Below, one piece after another: positions 13,821 through 27,382 of a DNA stretch of 64,000 bases. The translations under genes were made by a program, and so were the position numbers. A model generated the notes under the pieces. The model worked only from the letters and a program-made list of their open reading frames with translations. It was not told the DNA's origin and made no database searches. The stretch comes from the human T2T-CHM13v2.0 reference genome, Homo sapiens. Location of the stretch: the NCBI RefSeq assembly GCF_009914755.1, contig NC_060947.1; one strand, written 5' to 3'. How positions within the stretch are numbered: position 1 is the stretch's first letter; the number at the start of each line of letters is the position of its first letter.

Positions 13821-13918
13821 ATGTTGGTTTCTTTTTGTCTGTTTTAATCATCCCATAGTGACACTGAATGCCTAATTAAGTGTAAATTTGTATGTACAGT
13901 CTTTATTCTTTATTAGTA

Positions 13919-14117
13919 CAGTTGATGCTCATAATTCTCAGATTCCATATTTACAAATTTACCTACTCACTGCAATTTATTAGTAATTTCAAATCAATAC
14001 TTGCAGCACTTTCATAATCATTCACAGATATGCACAGGGTGACAAAAAATTTCAGTCACTCTATGAGCACATTCTTAGCTGAGGCTGAATAAAGTGACAC
14101 CCTGCCTTCTTGTTTCA
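13919..14117 (+). mobile_element. MER6-type TcMar-Tigger DNA transposon fragment (one end)
   Basis: TA followed by cagttgatgctcataattc terminus; internal cttagctgaggctgaataaagtgacaccctgccttcttgtttca. Confidence 0.75.
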
Positions 14118-14149
14118 AAAATAAAAATAATATAATAAAATACATTAAA

Positions 14150-15972
14150 AATTTTAAAAGACACATATGGATTAAAAGTGAATGGATATAGAGGCATACT
14201 ATGCTAATACTAATGAAAAGAGAGTGGAAGTACCTGTATTAATTTCAGACAGAATAGTCTTCTGAATAAGAAAGGTTATTAGGAATAAAGAGATGCAGTA
14301 CATAATAATAAAAAAAATCAGTAGACTTCGAGAAGACATAAATATCCTTAATGTGTATGTATCCAGCAACACAGCACCAAAATGGATCAGAAAAGAACTT
14401 ATACAAGTACAAGGATAAATAAATAAATATCATATCACACTTGGTGAATTGAACACCTTCTTATCAGAAATAGATTCAACAGATCAATAAGTACACAGTT
14501 GAACACAACAGTATCACTAATCAACTGAATATAACTGACATCTATAGAGTACTTCATCCAACAAGAGCAAAATATACATTCTTCTCAAGCTCAAGTAGAA
14601 GGGGAATATTCAACAAGATAGACCATATTCTGGACCATAAATCATCTTTTAACAAATTTTATAAAACAGAAATCATATAATGTCTGCTCTTAGATCACAA
14701 TGATATTAAACTGGAAATCGATAAGAGAAAGATAACTGAAAAATCCCCCATATACTTGAAGATTAGGAAACATGCTTCTAATTAACACATGGGTTAAAGA
14801 AGAATTCTCAAGTAAAATTAACACGTATTTTGGGATGTATGAAAATGTTAAAAACTTATCAAAATTTGTGGAATGCAATGAATGCATGCAGTACTTAGGA
14901 AGAAATTGTATACACATATTAGAAAAAAAAGAAAGATCTAAAGTCAATCATCTATGTTTTCAACTTACAAATCCACAAGAGTAATCTGAGTCCAAAGTAA
15001 GAAGAAGAAGACATATACAAATTTAGAGCAGAAATCGATGAAATTGAAAATGGGAAATCAATAGAGAAAATCAATAAAACCAAAAGCTAATTATTTGAAA
15101 GATTAATAGAATTGATAAGCCTCTAGTAGGCAAACTAAGAAATACAGAGGGAAGACACAAATTACTAATATCAGAAATGAAATAGGGGCTATCACTACAG
15201 ATCTCATTGACAGATAATAAAAGAGCATTATGGACAACAGTGCATCTACACATTTAGTTACCTAGATGAATGACTAAATTCCTTGAAAGACATGATGTGC
15301 CAATATTTACACAAGAAGAAATACACAACATAAATGAGCCTATATCTACTAAATAAATTGAATTAAAAATTAATAAATATCAAAAACAGGAAGAACCAGG
15401 CCCAGATAAATTACATGTTGAATTGTACTAAACAATTAGGGAAGAAATACCAATTTTATACAATCTCATTCAAAACATGGAAGCAGAGGTAATTCTTACT
15501 CATTCTATGAAGCCAACATTACCCTAATACCTAAGCCAGAGAAAACATTACAAGGAAAGACAACTACAGACCAATAACTGTCATATACATAGATGCAAAA
15601 AATCCTCAACAAAAACTTAGCAAATCAAATTTAACAATACATAAAATGAATTATGCATCGTGACCAAGTGGGATTTCTTCCAGGTATGCAAGACTGGGAA
15701 CATCTGAAAAACAATTAGTTTAATCAATCATATCAACAGAGTGTAGAAGAAAAATAACATGGTCATATTAACAGCTGCAGAAAAAGCATTTGACAAAATC
15801 AAACACACGTTTATGATAAAAACTCTCAGCAAACTAGGAATACGAGGGAACTTCCTCATCTTGATAAAGAACATCTATGAAAAACCTACAGCTAAAATTA
15901 TAATTAATGGTGAGAAACTTAAAAGTTTTCCTACTGAGATCAGAAGCAATAATGTCCCCTGTTACCATTACC
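14150..15972 (+). mobile_element. Old L1M ORF2 fragment (endonuclease to early RT)
   Basis: Peptides [22 protein letters not shown] and [19 protein letters not shown]; multiple stops. Confidence 0.88.
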
Positions 15973-16209
15973 ACATGGACACAGGAAGGGGAACATCACA
16001 CACTGGGGCCTGTTGTGGGGTGGGGGGATGGGGGAGGGATAGCATTAGGAGATTTACCTGATGTTAAATGACGAGTTAATGGGTGCAGCACACCAACATG
16101 GCACATGTATACATATGTAACTAATTTGCACGTTGTGCACATGTATCCTAAAACTTAAAGTATAATAAAAAAAATAAAAAAGAATTTGTACTTTCACTAT
16201 AAAAAAAAA
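15973..16209 (+). mobile_element. L1PA4/5 3'UTR fragment with two A-tails
   Basis: acatggacacaggaaggggaacatcacac...G-rich tract...aaaacttaaagtataataaaa; 19 non-L1 bases, then a second A-run. Confidence 0.9.
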
Positions 16210-18239
16210 GAAATGATTATTTTTACAAACCACAAAATGGCATGCTCACTACCCAGAAGGCCAACAATACCAAGAAAAAGCTTCTTGTCCAGACGTCAGG
16301 TTACGTGAAAATGGTTCATATAATACTTGTGGTTATTTGGGAGTCTTAGGTCCTGCTCTTTTGAATCATATATCAGTTGTATTTTAATTTGTTGCCAAAG
16401 GAGTCTCCTTATGGAAAACTTTTCCTAATTTACTTGAAAAATAAAAATTCTGGTGCTTAAACTTCTGTGTGGGAAACTAACAGAAACTTAGAAATTATAA
16501 GTAAAATTGTTAATCTTTAACTTAGACTTGGAAAAAAAGAACCACATGATAGAGGGATAAAGGGGGATTGACAAGATCACGAACAATTCAAGTTTACAAA
16601 GCGTGTAATTTGTGTAGAATTTTGAGGTGAACAACGTTAGGGTAGGAAACAAGAATACATTTATTCCTTTTAACAAAGCACTTACAGTGTATTTGAGAGC
16701 TAAGTGAACAAGTCAGTTAAGTTGCTAAATTACGTATATTCGTATTCCAAAATGTTCAGTGTAGGCTACATGTGTTCTGAAAGATCAAGGCAGGGACAGT
16801 CCAATTTTGACTTTAAGCTTAGATCTGAAATCTGGGAGAACTTTACAGAAGGTTCACATTAAATCACTTTCTCTTTGATTCTCACTTGTTGATCCATAAT
16901 TTCAAAATGACACCAAGAAAATTAGTTTGCACTTTTCAAAAAAAATAAAAATACGATTTCCAAGAAAAAAACCTTATTTAAAATCACCGTGAGCTTCAAG
17001 TCATGCTGTACTTCAAAAATAGCTCAAAGTGCCTATCATTATTACTAAACTGCCAGTAATTTTGATGGTAAGAAAAATAGCCAAGTCACTTGTAACTTCC
17101 TTAAATTTATCTACAATTGTCTTCCATTTCGCTCAAAATAAATTTGAAGTTCTTATTTGCTATTTGTTTCATTAATACCTGTGCAACGACGCCATAAATT
17201 ATTACCTCTTATGCAATGTAGCTTTATTTTTAAAAACTGATAATAACATTCATGAGAAAGAAAGGTTATTTCAAATACCATATTGAGCAATTAAAATGTG
17301 TTTGTCAACTTTTCACCATCATTGTTCCATAGAGAACAAATGCGGTATGAGGACATTTAGATCCTGAGGAAAAAAAAGACCAGAAATTTCTCTACTGAGA
17401 AAGTTAAAAAAAATAATTTTTACTATTTATTTTTAACTTTATTTCCAAATATTTGCATCCCGTAACAATTTATGCTAAATTAATAGTACTATTTATTTTT
17501 CTTTCTGTATTAAGATAAACTGAGTCATGCACATGGCCATATACATATGTTTGTGTGTAATGGTGATTATCTTTTTACCCAAGGGCATTCATTTGCAACA
17601 ACAGCAAAACATGTTTACCTTAACAAAAGGAAGAAAAATCTTTAACTTTAAGAAATTAGTTGAATAATGACCTAAAACCATGGTAAGGTAGTTTTGCTCC
17701 ATATGAGAAATACCACAAACGCAAAAAATTGTAGTGGGGTTGTTCTTTTGTGTGGATTCTGTTCTCTTATTTCAAAACAGAAGGGAACAATGAACAATGA
17801 ACGAAAATTTATCTGGAGTCACAGACAACTAGAGAGTGAATTTGTGGAAGATCTAAATGTTACCTAACAACATTGACATCAACAAATGCTGCACCTTCAA
17901 AATTCTAACGATTGATAATCTAACCAAATATATTCACTACCAAACCTCAAGCTTTTATATAAATATTACAGATTTCCTCAGTATTTCTAATAAGAACTGT
18001 TTTTGCATTAGGTAGTTTCAAACTTGTTAGGTATATATTTTAACTATTATTTCCAAGTTTTTAATGAGAAGATCTCTCACAGATCAATCACTACAATGAA
18101 CAATTTGAGAAGCCTAGAATGTATTAAACATCCTTAGCTTCTCTCAGAGCCATATGCATTCTGCTCTGCTTTTGTATCCAGTTTATTTAAAACATACTTT
18201 TTAAGATTTATCTCCTTAGATATCAGGTAAAAATACTTA

Positions 18240-19305
18240 CACTTTTTAATTTAATATATTTCAAATATACATAAAATATAGAGGATGATTTTTAAATTAC
18301 AGCAAATAATTTAAAAATATTATAGCTACTGACCCACCAGCAAGCTTTATCAACTCTGAATATTCTGCTATCATTTAATACGTATTTTTGGTATAGATGC
18401 ATTACAAATTCTTAGAAAATATATATTACAAATACATTGAAACATGCTTTGTAAACTTCCTTTGTATATTCCCATCTCCCTCACCAGTGTAAACTACTAT
18501 CTTCAATTGGATGTTTATTGTTCCTATATTTTTTATATCCTTAACACTTACTTGTCAATTAAACTATACAGTTTGTTGCCTTTAAGCTTTATAGCTTTAT
18601 AATAAATAGCATGACACTATATATCATTTATCTTTGCTGAGACTTATATTTTAAAGGTTTAACAATGTTTATATATGCAGCTCAAGATTGTCACATTAAC
18701 TGCTTATTTTTTTCCATAATATGAATATATCAGTGTGTTCTCCTAGTGATAGGCATTTGTTATTTCAGATGGTTCACTATTATAAATACTACAAGCAAGT
18801 CTACAAGGCTTATAACTAGAAGTATAACTGCTGGGTTGAAGAGTGGGGGCATTTTCAACTTTACCCGATATTGCAAATGTGGTCACCTAAATAGTAGTAT
18901 TAATATATATGTCCAGTAGCTATGCAGAAAAATGCCAATATTTTCATATCCTTGCCAGATTTTTTTTTGTCAGATTTTTTCCCAATACGCTGGATTCGAA
19001 ATGGTATCTCACTATAGTTTAAATTGTATTTCCTTGATTATTAATGAAGTTGGGCATATTTCTATATTATTATTCACTAAATGGATTTTCTTTTCTGTGA
19101 AACATCTGTTTAAACTCTTGACTGTATTTCTCGTGAAGTTTTGGTGTTTCATTACTGATTTGTGAAAATACTTTATATATACTATATATTAATTCTTTAT
19201 TGTTTATATGTGTTTAAAATGTCTTTTCTCAGTGTATGTCTCAATTTTAAAAAATTTTACAGTGGTTTTTGTGAGAGATCTTTCTTTTAACGCAGTCAAA
19301 TAATC
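18240..19305 (-). mobile_element. Old L1 (L1ME-like) 3' region
   Basis: aaatggtatctcactatagtttaaattgtatttccttgattattaatgaagttggg and similar antisense L1 phrases. Confidence 0.7.
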
Positions 19306-19314
19306 TTTTTAAGA

Positions 19315-21130
19315 TCAATTTCAACTTTTATTTTAGATATAGTGTGTCTATGTGCAGGTTTGTTACATGAGAATATTCTGTGATGCTGAGGTTTGGAATA
19401 TGGATCCTATCACACAGTTAGTAAGCATAGTTACCCAGTAAGTAGTTTTTAACCCATCCTTCATCTCTCCCTCCCTGATCTAGTAGTTTCTAGTGTCTGT
19501 TGTTCTCATATTTATGTACAAGTGTGCTCAATGTTTAGCTCCCACATATAAGTGAGAACATGTGATATTTGGTTTTCTATTCCTGCATTAATTAGCTTAG
19601 GATTACGGCCTCAAGTTCCATGTGTGTTGCTGCAAAGGACATGATTCCATTCTTTCCTATAGCTGTGTAGTATTCCATTGTGTATATTTACCACATTTTC
19701 TTTATCCAATATACCATTGATTGGCACCTGGGTTGATTCCATGTGTTTGCTATCATGCATAGTGCAGGGATGAACATGAGCGGATATGTCTTTTTAGTAG
19801 AATAATTTATTTTCCTTTGGGCATATGCTCAGTAATGGGGTTGCTAGGTTGACTAGTAGCTCTGCTTTATGTTCTCTGAGAAATCTGCAGACTGCTTTCC
19901 ACGGTGGCTGAACTACTTCACATTCCCACCAACAGTGTATAAGTGTTCTCTTTTCCCTGCAGCATCGCCAGCATGTATTATTTATTTCTTCTTTTTCACT
20001 TTTTATAACAGCCATTCTGACTGGTGAAAGATGTTATCTCATTTTGGTTTTGATTTGCATTTCTCTGATGACTAGTGATGCTGAGAATTTTTTCATATGT
20101 TTATTGACTGCTTGTATGTCTTCCTTCCAAAGGTGTTTGTTCATGTCCTTTACCCATTTTTAATGAGGTTATTTGGTTTTTGCTTGTTGGTTTAAGTTCC
20201 TTATAGATCCTGGGTATTAGGCCTTTGTTGGATACACAGTTTTTGAATATCTTATTTTATTCCACAGGTTGTCTGTTTGATCTGTTGATCATCTCTTTTG
20301 CTCTTTAGTTTAATTAGGTCCCACTTGTCAATTTTTTCTGTTGTGATTGCTTTTAAGGATTTAGCCAAAAATCATTTGCCAAGAATGATGTTGAGAAGAG
20401 TATTTCCTAGGTTGTCTTCCAGGATTTTTATATTTTGAGGTCTTACATTTAAATCTTTAAACCGTTTAAGTTAATCTTTGTATATGGTGAAAGGAAGGGT
20501 TCAATCTTCTGCATATGGCTAGCCAGTTATCCTAGCACTATTTGTTTAATAAGGAGTCCTTTCCCCTATTGCTTATTTTTGTTGGCCTTGATGAAAATCA
20601 GATGGTTGTACTTGTGCAGCTGTATTTCTGAGTTTTCTATTTTGTCTCATTGGTCTATGTGTCTGTATTTGTTCCAGTACCAAGCTGTTTTGGTTAGTGT
20701 GGCTTGACAGTATAGTTTGAAGTTGGGTAGTGTGATGTCTCCAGGTTTGTGCTTTTTGCTCAGGATTACTATGGCTATTTGGGCTCTTTTTGGTTCCATA
20801 TTATATTTAGAATGGGTTTTTCTCATTCTGTGAAACACGATGTTGGTAGTTTGATTGGAATAATGTTGAATCTGTAAGTTGCTTTAAGCACTCTGGCCAT
20901 TTTTTAAATATCCACTCTTCAAATACACGAGTATGGAATGCTTTTTCATTACTGTGTTGTATCTGATGTTTTTCGGCAGTGTTCTGTAGTTCTCCTTGTA
21001 GAGATCTTTTGCCTCCTTAGTTAGATATATTCCTAGATATTTCATTTTCTTTGTGGCTATTGTAAATGAGATTGTATTCTTCATTTCCCTCTCATCCTGG
21101 ATATTGTTTCTGTGTATGCAAGCACTATGT
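19315..21130 (-). mobile_element. L1PA15-like, 5'-truncated
   Basis: caacttttattttagat...gtgatgctgaggtttgg...ggatcc 3' end; ORF2 peptides [13 protein letters not shown] and YLGIYLTKEAKDLYKENY. Confidence 0.9.
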
Positions 21131-21596
21131 ATGTTTCTTTCTTAATAAAGGTAAAAAAATCATACAAAGCATTTCCTATCACAATGAAATAAAATAAAAA
21201 ATCAATAAAAGAAAGAAAACTGAAAAAATGTAAAAATAAACAGATACCCTCTGTAAAAATCAATGGATCAAACAATAAATCACAAAGGAAATTATAAAAT
21301 ATCCTGAGACAAGAAAATATAAAGTGCAATATACTAAAGGAAAATGTATAGCTGTAAACATGAAAAGAGAAAAAAATCTCAAAACAGCACCCTAACTTTA
21401 CAATTTAAGAAACTAGAAAAAGAAGAGCAAACTAAACTAAAAACTAGAGGAAGAAAATAATAAAAATAGAGTAGAGACAAACAAAATAGAGAATGGAAAA
21501 ACAATAGAAAAATCAACAAAAATAAATTTATTTTTAGAAAAGCTCAAAGTATTGAGAAATCTTTAGGTATATTGACTAATGAAAACAGAAAAGACC

Positions 21597-23970
21597 TGGG
21601 GATCTGGCAAGATGACTGAATAGGAACAGCTCTGGTCTGCAGCTCCCAGTGAGACCAACACAGAAGATGGATGATTTCTGCATTTCCAACTGAGGTACCT
21701 GGTTCATCTCATTGAGACTGGTTAGACAGTGGGTGCAGCCCACAGAGGGCGAACAGAAGCAGGTGGGGCATCGCCTCACCCAGGAAGTACAAGGGGTTGG
21801 GAAACTCCTCCCCTAGCCAACGGAAGCCTTGAAAGACTGTGCCTTGAGTGATGATGCTATCCGGCCCAGATACTATGATTTTCCCAAGGTTTTGGCAACC
21901 TGCAGACCAGGAGATTCCCTTGGGTGCCTACACCACCAGGGCTCTCGGTTTCAAGCACAAAACTGGGCAGACATTTGGACAGATACTGAGCTAGCTGGAG
22001 GAGACTTTTTTGTACCCCAGTAGTGCCTGGAACCCCAGTGAGACAGGACCATTCACTCCCCTGGAAAGAGGGCTGAAGCCAGGTAGCCAAGTGGTCCTGC
22101 TCAGTGAGTCCCACCCTCATGGAGCCCAGCAAGCTAAGATCCACTGGCTTAAAATTCTTGCTGCCAGCACAGTAGTCTGAAGTCGACCTGGGATGCTCTA
22201 GCTTGGTGGGGAGGTGGGCAGGTGGGCAACGGCCATTACTGAGGCTTGAGTGGCGGTTTTCCCTTCACAGTGTAAACAAAGCCACTGGGAGGTTCAAACT
22301 GGGTGGAGTCCACCACAGCTCAGCAAGGCCTCTGTAGCCAGACTGCCTCTCTAGATTCCTCCTCTCTGGGTAGAGCATCTCTGAAAGAAAAGCAGTAGCC
22401 CCAGTCAGGGGCTTATAGATAAAACTCCCATCTCCCTGGGAAAGAGCACCTGGGGAAATGGGTGGCAGTGCGCACAGCTTCAGCAGACTTAAAAGTTCCT
22501 GACTGCCAGCTCTGAAGAAAGCAGTAGATCTCCCAGCACAGTGGTTGAGCTCTGCTGAGGGACAGACTGCCTCCTCAAGTGGGTCCCTGACCCCCTGTGC
22601 CTCCTGACTGGGAAGACACCTCCCAGCAGGGGTCGACAGATACCTCATACAGCAGAGCTCCAGCTGGCATCTGGCGGGTGTCCCTCTGGAGCAAAGCTTC
22701 CAGAGGAAGGAGCAGGCAGCAATCTTTGCTATTCTGCAGCCTCTGCTGGTGATACCCAGCAAACAGGTTCTGGAGTGGACCTTCAGCAAACTCCAGTAAA
22801 GTTGCAGAAGAGGGGCCCGACTGTTGGAAGGAAAACCAACAAACAGAAAGCAATAAAATCAACATCAACAAAAAGGACACCCATGCAAAAACCCCATCCG
22901 ATCGTCATCAACATCAAAGATCGAAGGTAGATAAATCCACGAAGATGAGGAAAAACCAGCACAAAAATGCTGAAAATACCAAAAACCAGAATGCCTCTTT
23001 TCTTCCAAAGGATCACAACTCCTTGCCAGCAAGGGAACAAAACTGGATGGAAATTGAGTTTGACGAATTAACAGAAGTAGGCTTCAGAAAACAGGTAATA
23101 ACAAACTCCATTGAGCTAAAGGAGCATGTTCTAACAAAATGCAAGGAAGCTAAGAACCTTGATAAAAGGTTACGGGAACTGCTAACTAGAGTAACCAGTT
23201 TAGAGAAGAACATAAATGACCTGATGGAGCTGAAAAACACAGCACGACAACTTCTTGAAGCATACACAAGTGTCAATACCCAAACTGATCAAGCAGAAGA
23301 AAGGATATCAGAAATTGAAGATCAACTTAATGAAATAAAGTGTGAAGACAAGATTAGAGAAAAAAGATTGGAAAGGAACGAACAAAGCCTCCAAGAAATA
23401 TGGGACTATCTGAAAAGATCAAACCTACGTTTGATTGGTGTACCTGAAAGTGACAGGGAGAATGGAACTAGGTTGGAAAACACATTTCAGAATATTATCT
23501 GGAAGAACTTCCCCAACCTAGCAAGACAGGACAACATTCAAATTCAGGAAATACAGAGAACATCACAAAGATGCTCCTTGAGAAGAGCAACCTCAAGACA
23601 CATAATCGTCAGATTCACCCAGGTTGAAATGAAGGAAAAAATGTTAAGGGTAGTCAGAGAGAAAGGTCAGGTTACCCACAAAGGGAAGCCCATGAGACTA
23701 ACAGCAGATCTCTCTGCAGAAACCCTACAAGCCACAAGAGAGTGGGGGCCAATATTCAACAATCTTAAAGAAAAGAATTTTCAACCTGGAATTTCATATC
23801 CAGCCAAACTAAGCTTTATAAGTGAAGGAGAAATAAAATCCTTTACAGACAAGCAAATGCTGAGGGATTTGGTCACCACCAGTACTGCCTTACAAGAGAT
23901 CCCGAAGGATGCACTAAATATGGAAAAGAAAAACTGGTACCAGCCACTGCAAAAACATACCAAAATCTGA
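21597..23970 (+). mobile_element. L1PA7/8 5'UTR plus ORF1 only (3'-truncated insertion)
   Basis: 5' end ggggatctggcaagatgactgaataggaacagctc; about 1.35 kb 5'UTR; full ORF1; no ORF2; imperfect TSD tgaaaacagaaaagacc (21580-21596) vs tgaaaaaaagaaaaagccc (23968-23986). Confidence 0.92.
22945..23970 (+). CDS. LINE-1 ORF1p, uninterrupted 341-aa frame (expression unknown)
   Basis: Coiled coil, RRM and CTD present: RNEQSLQEIWDY, NLRLIGVPE, REKG, RLTADLSAETLQ, YPAKLSF; no stop or frameshift. Confidence 0.85.
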   Translation: MRKNQHKNAENTKNQNASFLPKDHNSLPAREQNWMEIEFDELTEVGFRKQVITNSIELKEHVLTKCKEAKNLDKRLRELLTRVTSLEKNINDLMELKNTARQLLEAYTSVNTQTDQAEERISEIEDQLNEIKCEDKIREKRLERNEQSLQEIWDYLKRSNLRLIGVPESDRENGTRLENTFQNIIWKNFPNLARQDNIQIQEIQRTSQRCSLRRATSRHIIVRFTQVEMKEKMLRVVREKGQVTHKGKPMRLTADLSAETLQATREWGPIFNNLKEKNFQPGISYPAKLSFISEGEIKSFTDKQMLRDLVTTSTALQEIPKDALNMEKKNWYQPLQKHTKI

Positions 23971-26006
23971 AAAAAAGAAAAAGCCCCAAAACTCAATCAG
24001 ATATGGAAGACGGGGCATTACAACTCAGTTTACAGAAATAAAAATGATTATTAAAAATACTATAAACAATTATACACCAACAAAATGAAAAAGATAAATG
24101 ACATGACATAATTTCTAGAAACACACCACCGACAAAATACGAAATCATGAAGAAAGAGAAAATTTAAATAGACTAGTAAGGGGATTGAATCTGTATTTTA
24201 AAACCTCCTATCAAAGGAAAGCCCAGAAAGAGATGGCTTCCCTGGTGAATTATATCAAATATTTAAACAAAAATTAACCAATCCTTTTCAAATTCTCCCA
24301 AAAATTTGAAATGGAGGAAACACTTCCAAAGTTACTTCATAAGCCCGTCATTACCCTGATACCAAAACCAGGCAGACACTTCAAGTAAAGGAAACTTCAA
24401 ACCAATATCCCTGATGAACATAGAGGCAAACATGCTAAACAAAACACAAGCAAACAAAATTTAACAGCACATTAAAAGGATTGTAAACCATAACCACAAA
24501 TGATTAATGCCTGAGATACAAGAATGATTTGACATATGCAAATCAATCAATGTGATACACCACATTAGCAAAACAAAGGATAAAATCACATCACCAACTC
24601 AGTAGATATCAGAAAAAGCATATGACAAAATTCAATACACTTTCATGATAAAATTAGTCAATAAATTTGGTATAGAAATAATTGCCTCAATATAATAAAG
24701 TCCATTTATGAAAAGCCCACAACTGATATCTTACTCAATAGTAATGAAACTGAAACCTTTTCCTCTAAGATCAAGAATAAGGCAAGAATGTCCACTCTAG
24801 TCACTTCTATTTGACACAGCAATTAGGTAAGAAAGAGAGAGAAATAAAAAGCATCCAAATTAATACAGAAGAATTAAAATTATCTCTGTTTGCAGATGAC
24901 ATGTTCCTTTATGTACAGAATCCAAAATATTCCACAAAGTACCCTTGAAACTAACAAGCAAATTTAGTAACATTGCAGAATACAGAATCAAACTACAAAA
25001 TTGCATTGTATTTCTACACATTAACCAAAAGAAATCCAAGAAAAAAATTAAGAAAATGATTACTCACAATATCAAATAATTGGAAAGACACCCCATCCTG
25101 TGTTTCTGGATTTAAAATGTTCATAATACTCAAAGCTGTATACACATTCAATGAAATCCCCATCAAAATCCCCTTGGCATCCTTTTTTAGATATAGACAG
25201 AAAATCCTAAAATGTATGTAAAACCACCAAAGGAATCCAAATAGCCAAAACAATCCTCAAAAAAAAAAAAAAAAAAAAGCTGAAAGCCATTCATTTACTG
25301 ATTTCAAAACATATTACAATGCTATGATGATCAAAACAGTATGGTACTGGCATAAAAAATAGACATATAGACCAATGGAACAGAATAGAAAGCCCAGGAA
25401 TAATCCTACACACATACATATGGTCACCTGATCTTCAACGAGTGCGTCAAGAATTCACAATGGGAAAAGGATTGACTCTTGCACAAATAGTGTTGGGAAA
25501 ACTGTATATATACATGGAAAACAATGAAATTAGATTATTATCTTACACCATACACAAAAATCAACTCCAAATAGATTAAAGACTTACACATAAGACCTGA
25601 AACTCTAAAACTCATAAGAGAAAATGGAGGAAAAGCTTCATGACATAGATCTTGGGTATGGCACCAAATGCACAGGCAACAAAAGCTAAAACAGGCAAAT
25701 TGTACTTGATCAAACTGAAAAACTTCTGCAGAGAAAAACAAACAAACAAACAACAACAACAAAAAACCACACACCAAAAAACCATCAACAGAGTGAAAGG
25801 CAACCTACAGAATAGGAGAATATATTTGCAAGCCATGTATCTGATAGGGGGCTGGGGGCTAATATCCAAAAGACAATCTATGGAATGGGAGAAAATACTT
25901 TCAAACCTTATATTTGAGTAAAGGCTAATATCCACAAAATTTATCACAAACCCCTACAACTAAATAACAAAAAAATAATAATTTGATTTAAAAATAGGCA
26001 AAGGGC

Positions 26007-26313
26007 AACATGGATGCACCTGGAAACCATTATCCTAAGAGAACTATGCAGAATCATAGAACCAAATACCATGTGTTCTCACTTATAAGTGGAAACTAAA
26101 CTTTGGGTACACATGGTCATAAATATGAGAACAATAGACACTGGGAATACAAGGGGGAAAAGGGAAATAAAGGCTGAAAAGCTGCCTATTGAATATTATG
26201 TGCAATACCTGGGTGATGGATTCCTTTGTACTCCAAACCTCAGCATTATGCAATATACCTCTGTAACAAACATGAACATATACCCCCTCAACCTAAAATA
26301 AAAGTTGAAAAAA
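26007..26313 (+). mobile_element. L1PA16/17-like 3'UTR fragment nested in L1MB
   Basis: Ends ctaaaataaaagttgaaaaa; degenerate TSD aaaataggcaaagggc / aaaattggcaaaaagc. Confidence 0.82.
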
Positions 26314-26394
26314 ATTGGCAAAAAGCTTGAATGGATATTTCTTTCAAGAAGATATACAAATGGCCAACAAACATGTAAGGATGCTCAGAACCAC

Positions 26395-26810
26395 TGTATT
26401 AGTCAGTTCTCACATTGCTATGAAGAAATACCCGAGGCTGGGTAATTTATGAAGAAAAGAGGCTTAATGTCTCACCATTCTGATGGCTGTGTAGAAAGAA
26501 TGATGCTGGCATCTGCTCAGCTTCTGCGGAGGCCTCAGTAAACTTAACAATCATGGTGGAAGGTGAATGAAGGGGGAGCATGCATATCACATGGCCAGAG
26601 CAGGAGCAAGAGAGAAGCCACACACTTTTGAACCATCAGATCTCACAAGAACTCACTCACTATCATGAGGTCAGTACCAAGGGACTGTACTAAGCCATCA
26701 TGAGAAATGCGCCCCCATAAGCAAATCACTTCCCACTAGGCCTCACCTCCAACATTGGGATTACAATTCAACATGAGATCTGGGTTGGTTCACAGATCCA
26801 AACCATATCA
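26395..26810 (-). mobile_element. MSTA-like MaLR solo LTR
   Basis: tgtattagtc...cagatccaaaccatatca; perfect 5-bp TSD accac (26390-26394, 26811-26815). Confidence 0.92.
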
Positions 26811-27071
26811 ACCACTAATCATCAGACAAACACAAATCAAAACCACAATGAGATGTCACCTCACACATGTTAGGATGGTCATTATAAATTTAAATAAAAT
26901 AAAATAAACAGAAAAGAAGTGTCGCCAAGGATGTGAATAAAATGGAAACCTTCTTATCTGCTGGTGGGAATGTAAAGTAATGCAGCTGTTTTGGAAAACA
27001 GTATGACAGTTCCTCAAAAAGTTAAAAATAGAGCTGCCACATAATTGGCAATTTCATTTCTTGGTATTTAA

Positions 27072-27382
<311 letters not shown>

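Noticed and set aside
21576-23276. Antisense ORFs in the L1PA7/8 5'UTR and ORF1 (possible ORF0)
   Set aside because: They do not resemble the primate ORF0 peptide as I recall it; generic open frames in GC-rich L1 sequence
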